Assembly (NCBI GenBank): GCA_021773215.1
Contig: JAJFKM010000041.1
Location: forward strand, 1,099-65,098
Direction of reading: 5' to 3'
Source of the DNA: Gammaproteobacteria bacterium
GTDB lineage: Bacteria; Pseudomonadota; Gammaproteobacteria; Eutrophobiales; Eutrophobiaceae
DNA: 64,000 bases
The notes below the pieces were generated by a model. It was not told the DNA's origin. It saw only the letters and a program-made list of their open reading frames with translations, and searched no databases. The position numbers and the translations under genes are program-made. Shown one piece after another: positions 10,324 to 18,861 of the stretch. Every line of letters begins with the position of its first letter. Position 1 is the stretch's first letter.

Positions 10324-11258
10324 TTAGTCCTTTACTTGCCAAGGAAGATTATGGAACCAATCGTTTAGATATGTAAGGTGATTGCCCGTACAAATTTCTA
10401 TTGATAGATTTCCTTTTGTATGTGGTTTATGTGCAAGCATTCTCTCTCGAACTATTTGGAGATTTTCAAAAGGCACCATTGGATAAAAATGATGCTCTGC
10501 ATGATGACGAAATCCCATGTTGCCGAAAAAACATGCTAATAACCCATTATCTAGAAACGTCCGTAATACGAATTTTCCAATAACGGGATCACCATGCTCA
10601 GCTAGCCCTCGCAATTTCGCTAAGCCTTGAACTAAAGTTATTAACGGTAATAACCAGAAAAATAGATAGTACATAGGGCCCATAGAAAGGCTAAAAATAA
10701 TCATGATTATGATTTGCACAAAAATTAAAGAAATAGTGTCAGATGACCTCGATGATTTCAACGTTGACGATTTATTTCCCCAGAAAATTTGATTGATTGC
10801 AGCTAAGCCAGAAAAACTAAAAATTATAAAAATCAAAAAATCTATTTTTGATTTCGGCGGGGACTTATATATTGGTAAATCTGGGTCTAGATTGGGAACT
10901 CCAAAATGTTTATGGTGTTGCAGGTGTTCGTCTCGAAATGACTTCGTCAAACCAATAGGATATGCTACAAAACATGCGACTAAGTTTGCGGTTTTGCTTC
11001 TGGTTCGAAAATCCTGATGACTAGCCTCATGTGCCGCATGCAATAAATGGTATTGAAGTATGCCAACTGATAGAAAAACTAACGACGCTATAATATATTC
11101 ATAAAATGGAGCAGTATTTAATGTCACTGTATACAATAAAAAAATAATACAGTAATAACTCCACCCCATATTAAAGCTACATTAATAAAAAAACGTTTTG
11201 TCCTTTTATGGCAAAATGCTATCTCAGTTTTTGTAAGAAAATTTTTATTTATGTTCAA
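10324..11258 (-). pseudogene. Membrane fatty-acid desaturase family protein, apparently frameshifted at a T7 run near its 5' end
   Basis: His boxes HEASH, HLQHH, EH, HAEHH. An upstream TTG-initiated frame (LNINKNFLTKTEIA…VALIWGG) joins the main ORF if one T is added at 11138-11144. Confidence 0.7.
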
Positions 11259-11475
11259 TTATATTTCATCCAAGTCTGCTTAGAGACCAACAATTTTTAA
11301 TTGTTTTTTCAAAGTTTATTTATTAAAAAGAAAATATCTATGGATGTGATTTGTTAGATAGTCTTAACTTGAACGTTAAGTGAGTAAAATCTATAATAAA
11401 GGGTTATAATTAATGTCAATATTTTAAGTATCGTTTTTTATTTAACTATAGTAATACTCGTTTGGAGGTTACAAA

Positions 11476-12735
11476 TTGCATCTCGGTTATAGAAAAACCT
11501 GTCGTGTGTGTGGATCAAGTGCTTTAACAAAAGTAATTGATCTTGGTGAACAATATTTGCAAGGATCTTTTGTCAAACCTGGTAAGGAACTTCCATCTAT
11601 GCGTAAAATTCCATTAACGCTTGTGAGATGTGATCCTACCAAAGATGAAATTGCTTGTGGTTTGCTGCAGATGGAACACACGGTTCCGGCAGAAGTGCTT
11701 TATTCAAATTACTGGTACCGTTCTGGTACTAATAACACAATGAGACAGCATCTCAAGGGGCTTGCGGAAGAAGCTAGCTCAATTTTTAATCATCCCAAAG
11801 CAAAGGTGCTTGATATTGGTTGTAATGATGGAACATTGTTGAAATGTTATCCAAATAATTTTGAAAAATATGGTGTTGATCCTTCTGATATTGCTCAAGA
11901 AATAAATGAACAATTTACTATAATACAAGATATTTTTCCTTCACAGGAACTTGAGACTAAGTTGGGGAAAAATAAAATCGATATAATAACTTCGATTGCA
12001 ATGTTCTATGATCTTGAAGACCCAATTGGTTTTACAAAAGGAATTAAGAACTACTTATCTTTAAATGGTATTTGGATATTTGAAATGTCATATATGCCTG
12101 CCATGCTTAAAATGAATTCTTATGACACTATCTGCCATGAACATCTCGAATATTACAGTCTGGCTGTAATTGAATTTATTCTTAGCCGTGCTGGGATGAA
12201 AATTTTTAATGTGAACCAGAATTCAATCAATGGTGGAAGTATTCGTTGTTATGCTACGCATATCAATAATAATTGCTATAAAAAACCTCAGTTTGAAAGT
12301 AATCTGAGAATGATGCGCAACGATGAATTTGATCTTAGTCTGGATTTAGACTTGCCATACAAAGATTTTCAGGAATCTGCGAATTTAAATAAAAAAGAGC
12401 TTTTGTCGTTGCTTATTAAGTTAAAAAATGACGGTAAGTCTATCCATATTTATGGTGCATCCACAAAAGGAAATACTATCTTACAATGGTGCGGTATTGA
12501 TTTTCGGCTTATTGAAGCCGCCTCTGAGCGTAATCCCGATAAATATGGTGCGAAAACTCTTGGAACTGACATACCTATTATTAGTGAGGCGGAATCGAGA
12601 GCTATGAATCCTGATTACTATCTTGTTTTGCCATGGCATTTTAAAGAAGAGTTTATAGAGCGTGAAAAAGTATCTTTAGATAAAGGTGTTGGATTTATCT
12701 TTCCATTGCCTAATGTAGAAATAATAAAGAAATAG
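11476..12735 (+). CDS. NDP-hexose C-methyltransferase (3-C-methyltransferase family)
   Basis: CRVC…C…CGLLQ Zn site, LDIGCNDG, DTICHEHLEYYS, YGASTKGNT. TTG start with GGAGG RBS. Confidence 0.9.
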   Translation: MHLGYRKTCRVCGSSALTKVIDLGEQYLQGSFVKPGKELPSMRKIPLTLVRCDPTKDEIACGLLQMEHTVPAEVLYSNYWYRSGTNNTMRQHLKGLAEEASSIFNHPKAKVLDIGCNDGTLLKCYPNNFEKYGVDPSDIAQEINEQFTIIQDIFPSQELETKLGKNKIDIITSIAMFYDLEDPIGFTKGIKNYLSLNGIWIFEMSYMPAMLKMNSYDTICHEHLEYYSLAVIEFILSRAGMKIFNVNQNSINGGSIRCYATHINNNCYKKPQFESNLRMMRNDEFDLSLDLDLPYKDFQESANLNKKELLSLLIKLKNDGKSIHIYGASTKGNTILQWCGIDFRLIEAASERNPDKYGAKTLGTDIPIISEAESRAMNPDYYLVLPWHFKEEFIEREKVSLDKGVGFIFPLPNVEIIKK

Positions 12736-12907
12736 ATATTATAGATTAATCTCTGATAATCAATATTATATAGTTGATTTATTAGTACTTTAAAGGTTGA
12801 GCTAGGTTTTAACTTAAACAACATGGGCTTTATATATATGTAAATATTGCCCAACACATCAAATATATTTTTCTTTAAATCTTTCATTTATTCTGCGATT
12901 AGACGTA

Positions 12908-13406
12908 TGTACCCCGTCAGCACCATGTGGACCAAATAGTCTAATTGTCTAAGAGATAGTTTTAGTTCATCGTTAACCCAAGAGGAAACGATGATGACAA
13001 GTAAAAGAAGTGTAGAACATACTGTGCGCGATATTCGTCGACGCACCCGTAAAAAATATTCAGCAGAAGAAAAAATACGTATCGTGCTTGAAGGCTTGCG
13101 TGGCGAAGAAAGCATCGCTGAGCTATGCCGCAAAGAAGGACTAAACCCAAATGTTTACTACCGTTGGTCGAAAGACTTTCTGGAGGCAGGTAAGAAACGT
13201 TTATCAGGCGATATCGTACGTGAAGCGACCTCGGATGAAGTGAAAGAATTGCGTACTGAAACGTCTGCGCTGAAAGAAACACTGGGCGAAGTAGTGATGG
13301 AGAATCGTCTGCTTAAAAAAAGCGTGCTCGGGGATGGGGAGGACGATATATGAGGTACTTAGCATCGGATAAAGTCGAGATTATTCAACTGGTACAGAGC
13401 TCATGA
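12908..13406 (+). mobile_element. Truncated IS3-family element (left end, orfA, first 18 codons of orfB)
   Basis: Probable TG-initiated left end at ~12908, orfA, A7G slippery site at 13315-13322, orfB MRYLASDKVEIIQLV ends at 13406. Confidence 0.85.
12991..13353 (+). CDS. IS3-family transposase OrfA
   Basis: RKKYSAEEKIRIVLEGLRGEESIAELCRKEG…YYRW HTH. Confidence 0.9.
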   Translation: MMTSKRSVEHTVRDIRRRTRKKYSAEEKIRIVLEGLRGEESIAELCRKEGLNPNVYYRWSKDFLEAGKKRLSGDIVREATSDEVKELRTETSALKETLGEVVMENRLLKKSVLGDGEDDI

Positions 13407-13689
13407 TGGAAAATGGCATCATGTAGCAGCTACACTTGATCTTATGAAGTCTGAAGCTGAGTTTTATTTTGATGGGATTAGAATGAATCTAGATATTGCT
13501 AAATATTCAAGGGGCAAACTTGAAACCTTAAGTAATAATATATTTTTGGGCGCAAACAATAGAGGCAATATACCGAGTAAGTCTACTGGTAAAACTATAA
13601 CTAATTTTTTCAAAGGTTCTATCGATAAAATTAGAATTTATAATAGAAAATTAAATTCTCGGGAGATTCATCATTTAAGCCGATCTTAA
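13405..13689 (+). pseudogene. C-terminal fragment of a LamG/concanavalin-A-like domain
   Basis: In frame upstream of the 13444 ATG: DGKWHHVAAT…FYFDG…IFLGA…FKGSIDKIRIYNRKL. Confidence 0.75.
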
Positions 13690-13968
13690 CTATTTCTTTT
13701 TCCGATGCATTTTTTCCACTTTATCCATTCGTTTAACATAAGTTGAAACGTCACCTTTATAGTATGTCATGACCTGCTGTACGGTTTTATGTACGGTTTT
13801 ATGTACGGTTATCTTAATCAGTCCCAGAATATTGAATTCTTTAGAAAGACGAGAACAGGCTTCATGCCTTAAGTTGTGAAAGTGGAAGTCTTTAATGTTG
13901 GAAAATAGGAAACTAAATTCTGATAGCGAAATATATTTTAAATCGAGAGTTTTCTTTGCAGTAGCAGC
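13690..13968 (-). pseudogene. Tyrosine recombinase/integrase C-terminal remnant
   Basis: Manual translation: IKDFHFHNLRHEACSRL…ITVHKTVHKTVQQVMTYY (HxLRH box, degenerate GH box, catalytic Tyr region). No start and no N-terminal domains. Confidence 0.8.
13778..13810. repeat. 12-bp tandem repeat (TGTACGGTTTTA x2.75)
   Basis: Directly visible; lies inside the integrase remnant. Confidence 0.9.
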
Positions 13969-14025
13969 TTACTTATTCTATATCGCTATACATTATATAT
14001 ACGGTTATTTAGAAACAGCGGAAAG

Positions 14026-14090
14026 TATTCTGAAACTTATTCTGAAATAAGAAAAACCCACTACTTAAAGTGGGGTAAATCGTTGATTTA
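14026..14090. promoter_or_regulatory. Putative integrase arm-type repeats and hairpin next to att
   Basis: TATTCTGAAA at 14026 and 14038, CCCACT…AGTGGG hairpin, AAATCGTTGATTT motif directly before the att copy. Confidence 0.45.
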
Positions 14091-14092
14091 AT

Positions 14093-14134
14093 TGACTCCC
14101 CGGGACAGGCTCGAACTGCCGACCTAGTGATTAA
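14093..14134 (-). repeat. att site: 42-bp duplicate of the tRNA-Asn 3' half
   Basis: TGACTCCCCGGGACAGGCTCGAACTGCCGACCTAGTGATTAA matches 14898..14939 with one mismatch. Confidence 0.95.
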
Positions 14135-14206
14135 TGTCGTATTTAATTATAATTTAGTATTTAAACCATAAAGCTGAGTTAATTTGAATGTCAGAGGCAT
14201 TTATAT

Positions 14207-14834
14207 ATGAATCATAAGTTTTCAGATAATAAAAAACATGCTTCAAGAGCTATAATTGATGCATTAATATTGTTTAGTGACAAACAGTTTTATGAATACT
14301 TAATAAATGAAGGTGGTGATAACTCTATTGAAGAAAAATGGTTTGATTGGTTTATAAAAGAATGGCGTGTAGCAAGAACTATAAATAGCAATAAAAAATC
14401 AGAATTTTTATATTATATTCACTCGGGTGACTTTAATTCATTAATAGATAAAGATTTTGAAACATCTGTAGATTTTGTTGCGAATACAATGAAGAAAAAT
14501 AAATGGTCAGCTTATAATGAAGATAAAAAATATTATGTGAAGCCAACTTCATTGGTTTCAAAAATTGGGTTTATCTTATTTCCAGAAATCATAATTCCTG
14601 TAGATAGGTATTCCAAATTAGGACTTAATAAAGTAAAAGGAACTAAAAAGGATGATGGGGAAGGATATTTAAAAGAGAATAGCTATGCAGAATATATTAA
14701 AGAGTTTAATAGAAAAAGAATGGGTTGCTGCAATTTCAGATGAATTTGACATCAAAAAAACATTATTAAAAACCAAGAAGTTTCGCAGAAAGGTATACGA
14801 TAATTACCTAATGCATATTGGCGGAAGATATTGA
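14207..14834 (+). CDS. Hypothetical protein, sole cargo of the att-bounded cassette; C-terminus probably frameshifted
   Basis: 178-aa ORF to 14743; the +1 frame continues EKEWVAAISDEF…FRRKVYDNYLMHIGGRY* to 14834. Confidence 0.6.
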
Positions 14835-14897
14835 GCCTCGATATCGCCATATCAAATAAAAAAAGCCCACATAAACATGCAGGCTTTTCATTTGATA

Positions 14898-14973
14898 TGG
14901 CTCCCCGGGACAGGCTCGAACTGCCGACCTAGTGATTAACAGTCACCCGCTCTACCGACTGAGCTACCGGGGA
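14898..14973 (-). tRNA. tRNA-Asn(GTT)
   Basis: TCCCCGGTAGCTCAGTCGGTAGAGCGGGTGACT-GTT-AATCACTAGGTCGGCAGTTCGAGCCTGTCCCGGGGAGCCA. Confidence 0.97.
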
Positions 14974-15040
14974 ATATTCGAGAACGCGTATACTACTGAT
15001 GGTGCCAGACAGGGTCAATACTCTATTGTAGTTAATTGCT

Positions 15041-16222
15041 TTATAACGCAGCTTTGATCCTTTCCATGCTCTTTTCAAGATTTTCCATGCTGGTAGCGAA
15101 TGATATTCGCATACAGCCTGGTGCCCCAAATGCCGAGCCAGGCACCATCGCTACTTCGGCTTTTTCCAGAAAGAACTCCGCTAGCTCTATATCATTACTA
15201 ATCCCGTCGAGCTTTTCTATAAGACCATTCATGTCCGGGAAGCTGTAAAACGTTCCTTCTGAAGCAAGACAATTAATGCCATTGATGTCTTGTAATGACT
15301 TTAATACAAAGTCGTGTCTCTCCTTGAATATCCCGGTACTTTCTTTGATGTAGGTCTGATCTCCATCTAATGCAGCAACAGCGGCAGCTTGTGCCATTGA
15401 GCTCGCATTTGAAGTGCTTTGCGATTGGATTTTTTTCATGCCCTTTATGATCGATTCTGGACCACCTACATAGCCGATGCGCCAACCGGTCATTGAATAG
15501 GCTTTAGATACGCCATTTACCACGACAGTTTGGTCATATAACCCCGGACAGGCATTAACAATGTTAACAAACTTGTCTTGTCCCCAGAGAATGTGTTCAT
15601 AGATATCGTCAGTCACGATCAGAATCTCGCGATGATCTAATAAGACTTCACCAAGCGCTGCTAATTCTTCTTCACTATAGCTAACACCAGTCGGATTAGA
15701 TGGGCTATTAAAAACAACCATTCTTGTTCTATCAGAAATTGCACCGCGTAACTTATCAGGGGTGATCTTAAAACTATCTTCAATCGTTGTTTTTAAAATA
15801 ACTGGTTCTGCGCCAGCAAGTTTTGCCATGTCAGGATACGAAACCCAATAGGGAGCAGGGATAATGATTTCATCGCCCGGATTCAAGGTCGCTTGAAACA
15901 AGTTGTAAAGACTGTGCTTTGCACCACATGACACGAGGATTTGATTGTTGTTATAAACAAGGTCATTCTCGCGTTTAAATTTATTTATAATCGCGAGTTT
16001 TAAATCTGCCGTTCCATCAACAGCGGTATACTTGGTTTGACCCTTTTTCAGGGCTTGTATAGCCGCTTCCTTAATATGTTCTGGGGTGTCAAAATCAGGC
16101 TCGCCTGCGCCAAGGCCGATGATATCTTTACCCTCAGCGCGAAGTTCAGCTGCACGTGCAGTGACTGCGAGAGTAGGTGAGGGTTTAATACTTTGCGCAC
16201 GTTGTGATAATGGAATGTCCAA
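15041..16222 (-). CDS. aspC: Aspartate aminotransferase (class I PLP)
   Basis: GEPDFDTP, NSPSNPTG, DDIYE, GVSKAYSMTGWRIG. Confidence 0.92.
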   Translation of the reverse strand: MDIPLSQRAQSIKPSPTLAVTARAAELRAEGKDIIGLGAGEPDFDTPEHIKEAAIQALKKGQTKYTAVDGTADLKLAIINKFKRENDLVYNNNQILVSCGAKHSLYNLFQATLNPGDEIIIPAPYWVSYPDMAKLAGAEPVILKTTIEDSFKITPDKLRGAISDRTRMVVFNSPSNPTGVSYSEEELAALGEVLLDHREILIVTDDIYEHILWGQDKFVNIVNACPGLYDQTVVVNGVSKAYSMTGWRIGYVGGPESIIKGMKKIQSQSTSNASSMAQAAAVAALDGDQTYIKESTGIFKERHDFVLKSLQDINGINCLASEGTFYSFPDMNGLIEKLDGISNDIELAEFFLEKAEVAMVPGSAFGAPGCMRISFATSMENLEKSMERIKAAL

Positions 16223-16326
16223 TTTTAAAGGCCTCTATTTGGTGTTTCAATTTCTGATTTAATATATTGTCTGAGCATACAGATTTTAATATTAATTATA
16301 CAAAGTTAAATAATAAAAATATTCGA

Positions 16327-16388
16327 TTTTTGGCACGCCGCTCTCGTACATCCTTGTACTTCGCGGCATAAGGTCATCCTGACCAAAA
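16327..16388 (-). promoter_or_regulatory. Structured element with two GGA-loop hairpins (candidate CsrA/RsmA sites)
   Basis: Minus strand GGTCAGGATGACC and GTACAAGGATGTAC, the second enclosed by a GCCGC/GCGGC stem. Confidence 0.5.
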
Positions 16389-16431
16389 AGCGGTGTAATA
16401 TACTAGAAACGGGTAGCTTAACAAACATTAT

Positions 16432-18453
16432 ATGAAAGAATTTTCACTGGTTTCTGACTTTACTCCTGCAGGTGATCAACCGACTGCGATCACTGGGTTA
16501 AACGAGGGCTTAAAAGATGGATTGGCGTATCAAACATTACTTGGTGTAACTGGCTCAGGTAAGACGTTTTCAATCGCCAATGTCATTCAGGAACAGCAAA
16601 GACCGACTATGATACTGGCGCCTAATAAGACTCTGGCCGCGCAGTTATATGGCGAGATGCGTGAGTTTTTTCCTGAAAATGCGATTGAATATTTTGTTTC
16701 ATATTATGACTACTATCAGCCAGAAGCCTATGTTCCAGCATCAGACACGTTTATCGAGAAAGATGCTTCAATAAATGAGCACATAGAACAAATGCGACTG
16801 TCGGCGACAAAAGCTATTTTGGAACGTCGCGATACGATAATTGTTGCCAGTGTTTCTGCCATATACGGCTTGGGAGACCCCAAGAGTTATTTAAAAATGG
16901 TCTTACATTTAGACAAAGGAGACATAGTAGATCAAAGAACCCTGTTACGCAGACTGACGGAACTACAATATAAACGTAATGAAGTCGAACTTCACCGCGG
17001 GACTTTCCGAATACGCGGTGATGTTATCGATATCTTTCCGGCAGAATCAGAGCGCGAAGCTATACGCGTGGAATTATTTGATGATGAGATTGAATCGATT
17101 AGTCAATTTGATCCATTAACGGGTGCTGTGAATCGCAAATTACCGCGCGTCACTATTCATCCAAAGACGCACTATGTGACACAACGTCAGGTCTTGTTGG
17201 ATGCGGTTGAATCAATCAAAGTCGAATTGAAAGAACGTTTAGAACAACTCGAGTCGTTAAATAAATTGGTTGAATATCAACGGTTGGAACAACGAACTCG
17301 TTTTGATATCGAAATGATCAACGAGATTGGTTATTGTTCTGGAATAGAAAATTACTCTCGTTATTTATCCGGACGCGCTGCCGGCAAGCCACCGCCAACC
17401 TTGCTTGATTATCTGCCAGAAGATGCCTTGCTGATTATAGATGAGAGTCATGTCACTGTTCCACAATTGGGGGCGATGTATAAAGGTGATCGCTCGCGAA
17501 AGCAGAACCTGGTTGAGTACGGTTTCCGTTTACCTTCTGCACTAGATAATCGCCCATTGCGGTTTGATGAGTTTGAGAAACTCGCGCCACAAACAATTTT
17601 TGTTTCTGCTACTCCAAGAGCTTATGAAGAAGAACATTCAGGCAAGGTTGTTGAACAGGTTGTAAGGCCAACAGGACTAATAGATCCTGAGATTGAAGTG
17701 CGCCCAGTCACTACACAAGTTGACGATTTGCTTTCAGAGATCAATCTTCGCGTAGAAGTTAATGAACGTGTGCTGGTCACGACGCTAACAAAACGTATGG
17801 CAGAAGATTTAACTGACTACTTATCAGAGCACGGCATTCAAGTGCGCTATCTTCATTCAGATGTCGATACTGTTGAACGTGTTGAGATTATCCGCGATCT
17901 TCGGAAAGGGGAGTTTGATGTCTTAGTGGGTATTAATCTCTTACGTGAAGGATTGGACCTGCCAGAGGTCTCTTTAGTGGCAATTCTTGATGCAGATAAA
18001 GAAGGGTTCTTACGCTCAGGGATGACTTTAATTCAGACTATTGGACGTGCGGCGAGAAACCTGAATGGCAAGGCAATTCTCTATGGCGATAAAGTCACGG
18101 ATTCCATGCAGCATGCGATAGATGAAACAGACCGTAGGCGTGCTAAACAGATTGAATTTAATAAAACACATGGGATTACACCCAAAGGTATTACGAAGGC
18201 AATAACAGACATTCTTGATGGTGCTTATACTGACAAAAACACGATTTCAAAGACCTATCAGAGAGTAGCAGAAGATGTCGCAGAATATAAAGCAATGACT
18301 CCTGAGCTGTTGATTAAAAAAATTAAAAAAATGGAGGAAAAAATGTATCAGCATGCGCGTGATTTAGAATTTGAAGCCGCAGCACAGGTTCGTGATGAGA
18401 TCCATAAAATGAAGATTAACGGACTTGGTTTAGACAATATTAAAGCAGGGTAA
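16432..18453 (+). CDS. uvrB: Excinuclease ABC subunit B
   Basis: [33 protein letters not shown]-terminal UVR domain. Confidence 0.98.
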   Translation: MKEFSLVSDFTPAGDQPTAITGLNEGLKDGLAYQTLLGVTGSGKTFSIANVIQEQQRPTMILAPNKTLAAQLYGEMREFFPENAIEYFVSYYDYYQPEAYVPASDTFIEKDASINEHIEQMRLSATKAILERRDTIIVASVSAIYGLGDPKSYLKMVLHLDKGDIVDQRTLLRRLTELQYKRNEVELHRGTFRIRGDVIDIFPAESEREAIRVELFDDEIESISQFDPLTGAVNRKLPRVTIHPKTHYVTQRQVLLDAVESIKVELKERLEQLESLNKLVEYQRLEQRTRFDIEMINEIGYCSGIENYSRYLSGRAAGKPPPTLLDYLPEDALLIIDESHVTVPQLGAMYKGDRSRKQNLVEYGFRLPSALDNRPLRFDEFEKLAPQTIFVSATPRAYEEEHSGKVVEQVVRPTGLIDPEIEVRPVTTQVDDLLSEINLRVEVNERVLVTTLTKRMAEDLTDYLSEHGIQVRYLHSDVDTVERVEIIRDLRKGEFDVLVGINLLREGLDLPEVSLVAILDADKEGFLRSGMTLIQTIGRAARNLNGKAILYGDKVTDSMQHAIDETDRRRAKQIEFNKTHGITPKGITKAITDILDGAYTDKNTISKTYQRVAEDVAEYKAMTPELLIKKIKKMEEKMYQHARDLEFEAAAQVRDEIHKMKINGLGLDNIKAG

Positions 18454-18457
18454 TTAA

Positions 18458-18639
18458 ATACCCAAGATGCTTGAAAATACAGGTTTATAGCACATCTGTT
18501 TTCAACCAGAGCAGCGTCGCCTAAAGCGCCTACTGTTGGTGCTCCTCCTTGCAGGGAGCGACCATGCGCGTCGTCGAGTCTTGCTCTGAATAAAAATCAA
18601 ACGCACTCTAAATCCTGTATTTTCAAGCATCTTGGGTAT
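18458..18639. mobile_element. MITE/ERIC-like palindromic element
   Basis: Perfect 26-bp terminal inverted repeat ATACCCAAGATGCTTGAAAATACAGG, imperfect pairing continues inward, TA at both ends. Confidence 0.8.
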
Positions 18640-18685
18640 AGGACTTGTAACCCACCCATAGTCTTCTGTATGCTATGCCGCCTTT

Positions 18686-18762
18686 AGGCGCGTAGCTCAG
18701 TTGGTTAGAGCGCATCCTTGACATGGATGAGGTCGTTGGTTCGATTCCAATCGTGCCTACCA
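18686..18762 (+). tRNA. tRNA-Val(GAC)
   Basis: AGGCGCGTAGCTCAG…CATCCTT-GAC-ATGGATG…TTCGATT…GCCTACCA. Confidence 0.97.
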
Positions 18763-18770
18763 AACGACAT

Positions 18771-18804
18771 ACAGGCACCGATAATTTTGGTGCCTGTTAT
18801 TTTT
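18771..18804 (+). terminator. Rho-independent terminator after tRNA-Val
   Basis: ACAGGCACC…GGTGCCTGT followed by a T tract. Confidence 0.75.
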
Positions 18805-18818
18805 ATAATCCTTTACAC

Positions 18819-18861
18819 GTGGCCTTTTGTGGGGGTCACCACTGATATATAAGGAGAGATT
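18819..18861 (+). promoter_or_regulatory. thrS translational operator (tRNA-Thr anticodon-arm mimic) and RBS
   Basis: GTGGCC-TTTTGTGGG-GGTCAC-CACTG…AAGGAG resembles the E. coli thrS operator domain 2. Confidence 0.7.

Noticed and set aside
13778-13810. Short repeat as CRISPR array or iterons
   Set aside because: Contiguous 12-mers with no spacers, no cas or rep genes; explained as a duplication inside the integrase relic.
14093-14134. Second tRNA-Asn gene
   Set aside because: Only the 3' half is present and the CCA is altered; it is an att duplicate.
14929-15129. 66-aa ORF ending SPVAQSVERVTVNH
   Set aside because: Translation through tRNA-Asn and the aspC 3' end; spurious.
16223-16431. 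LexA box upstream of uvrB
   Set aside because: No CTG-N10-CAG found; CTGAGCATACAG has the wrong spacing.
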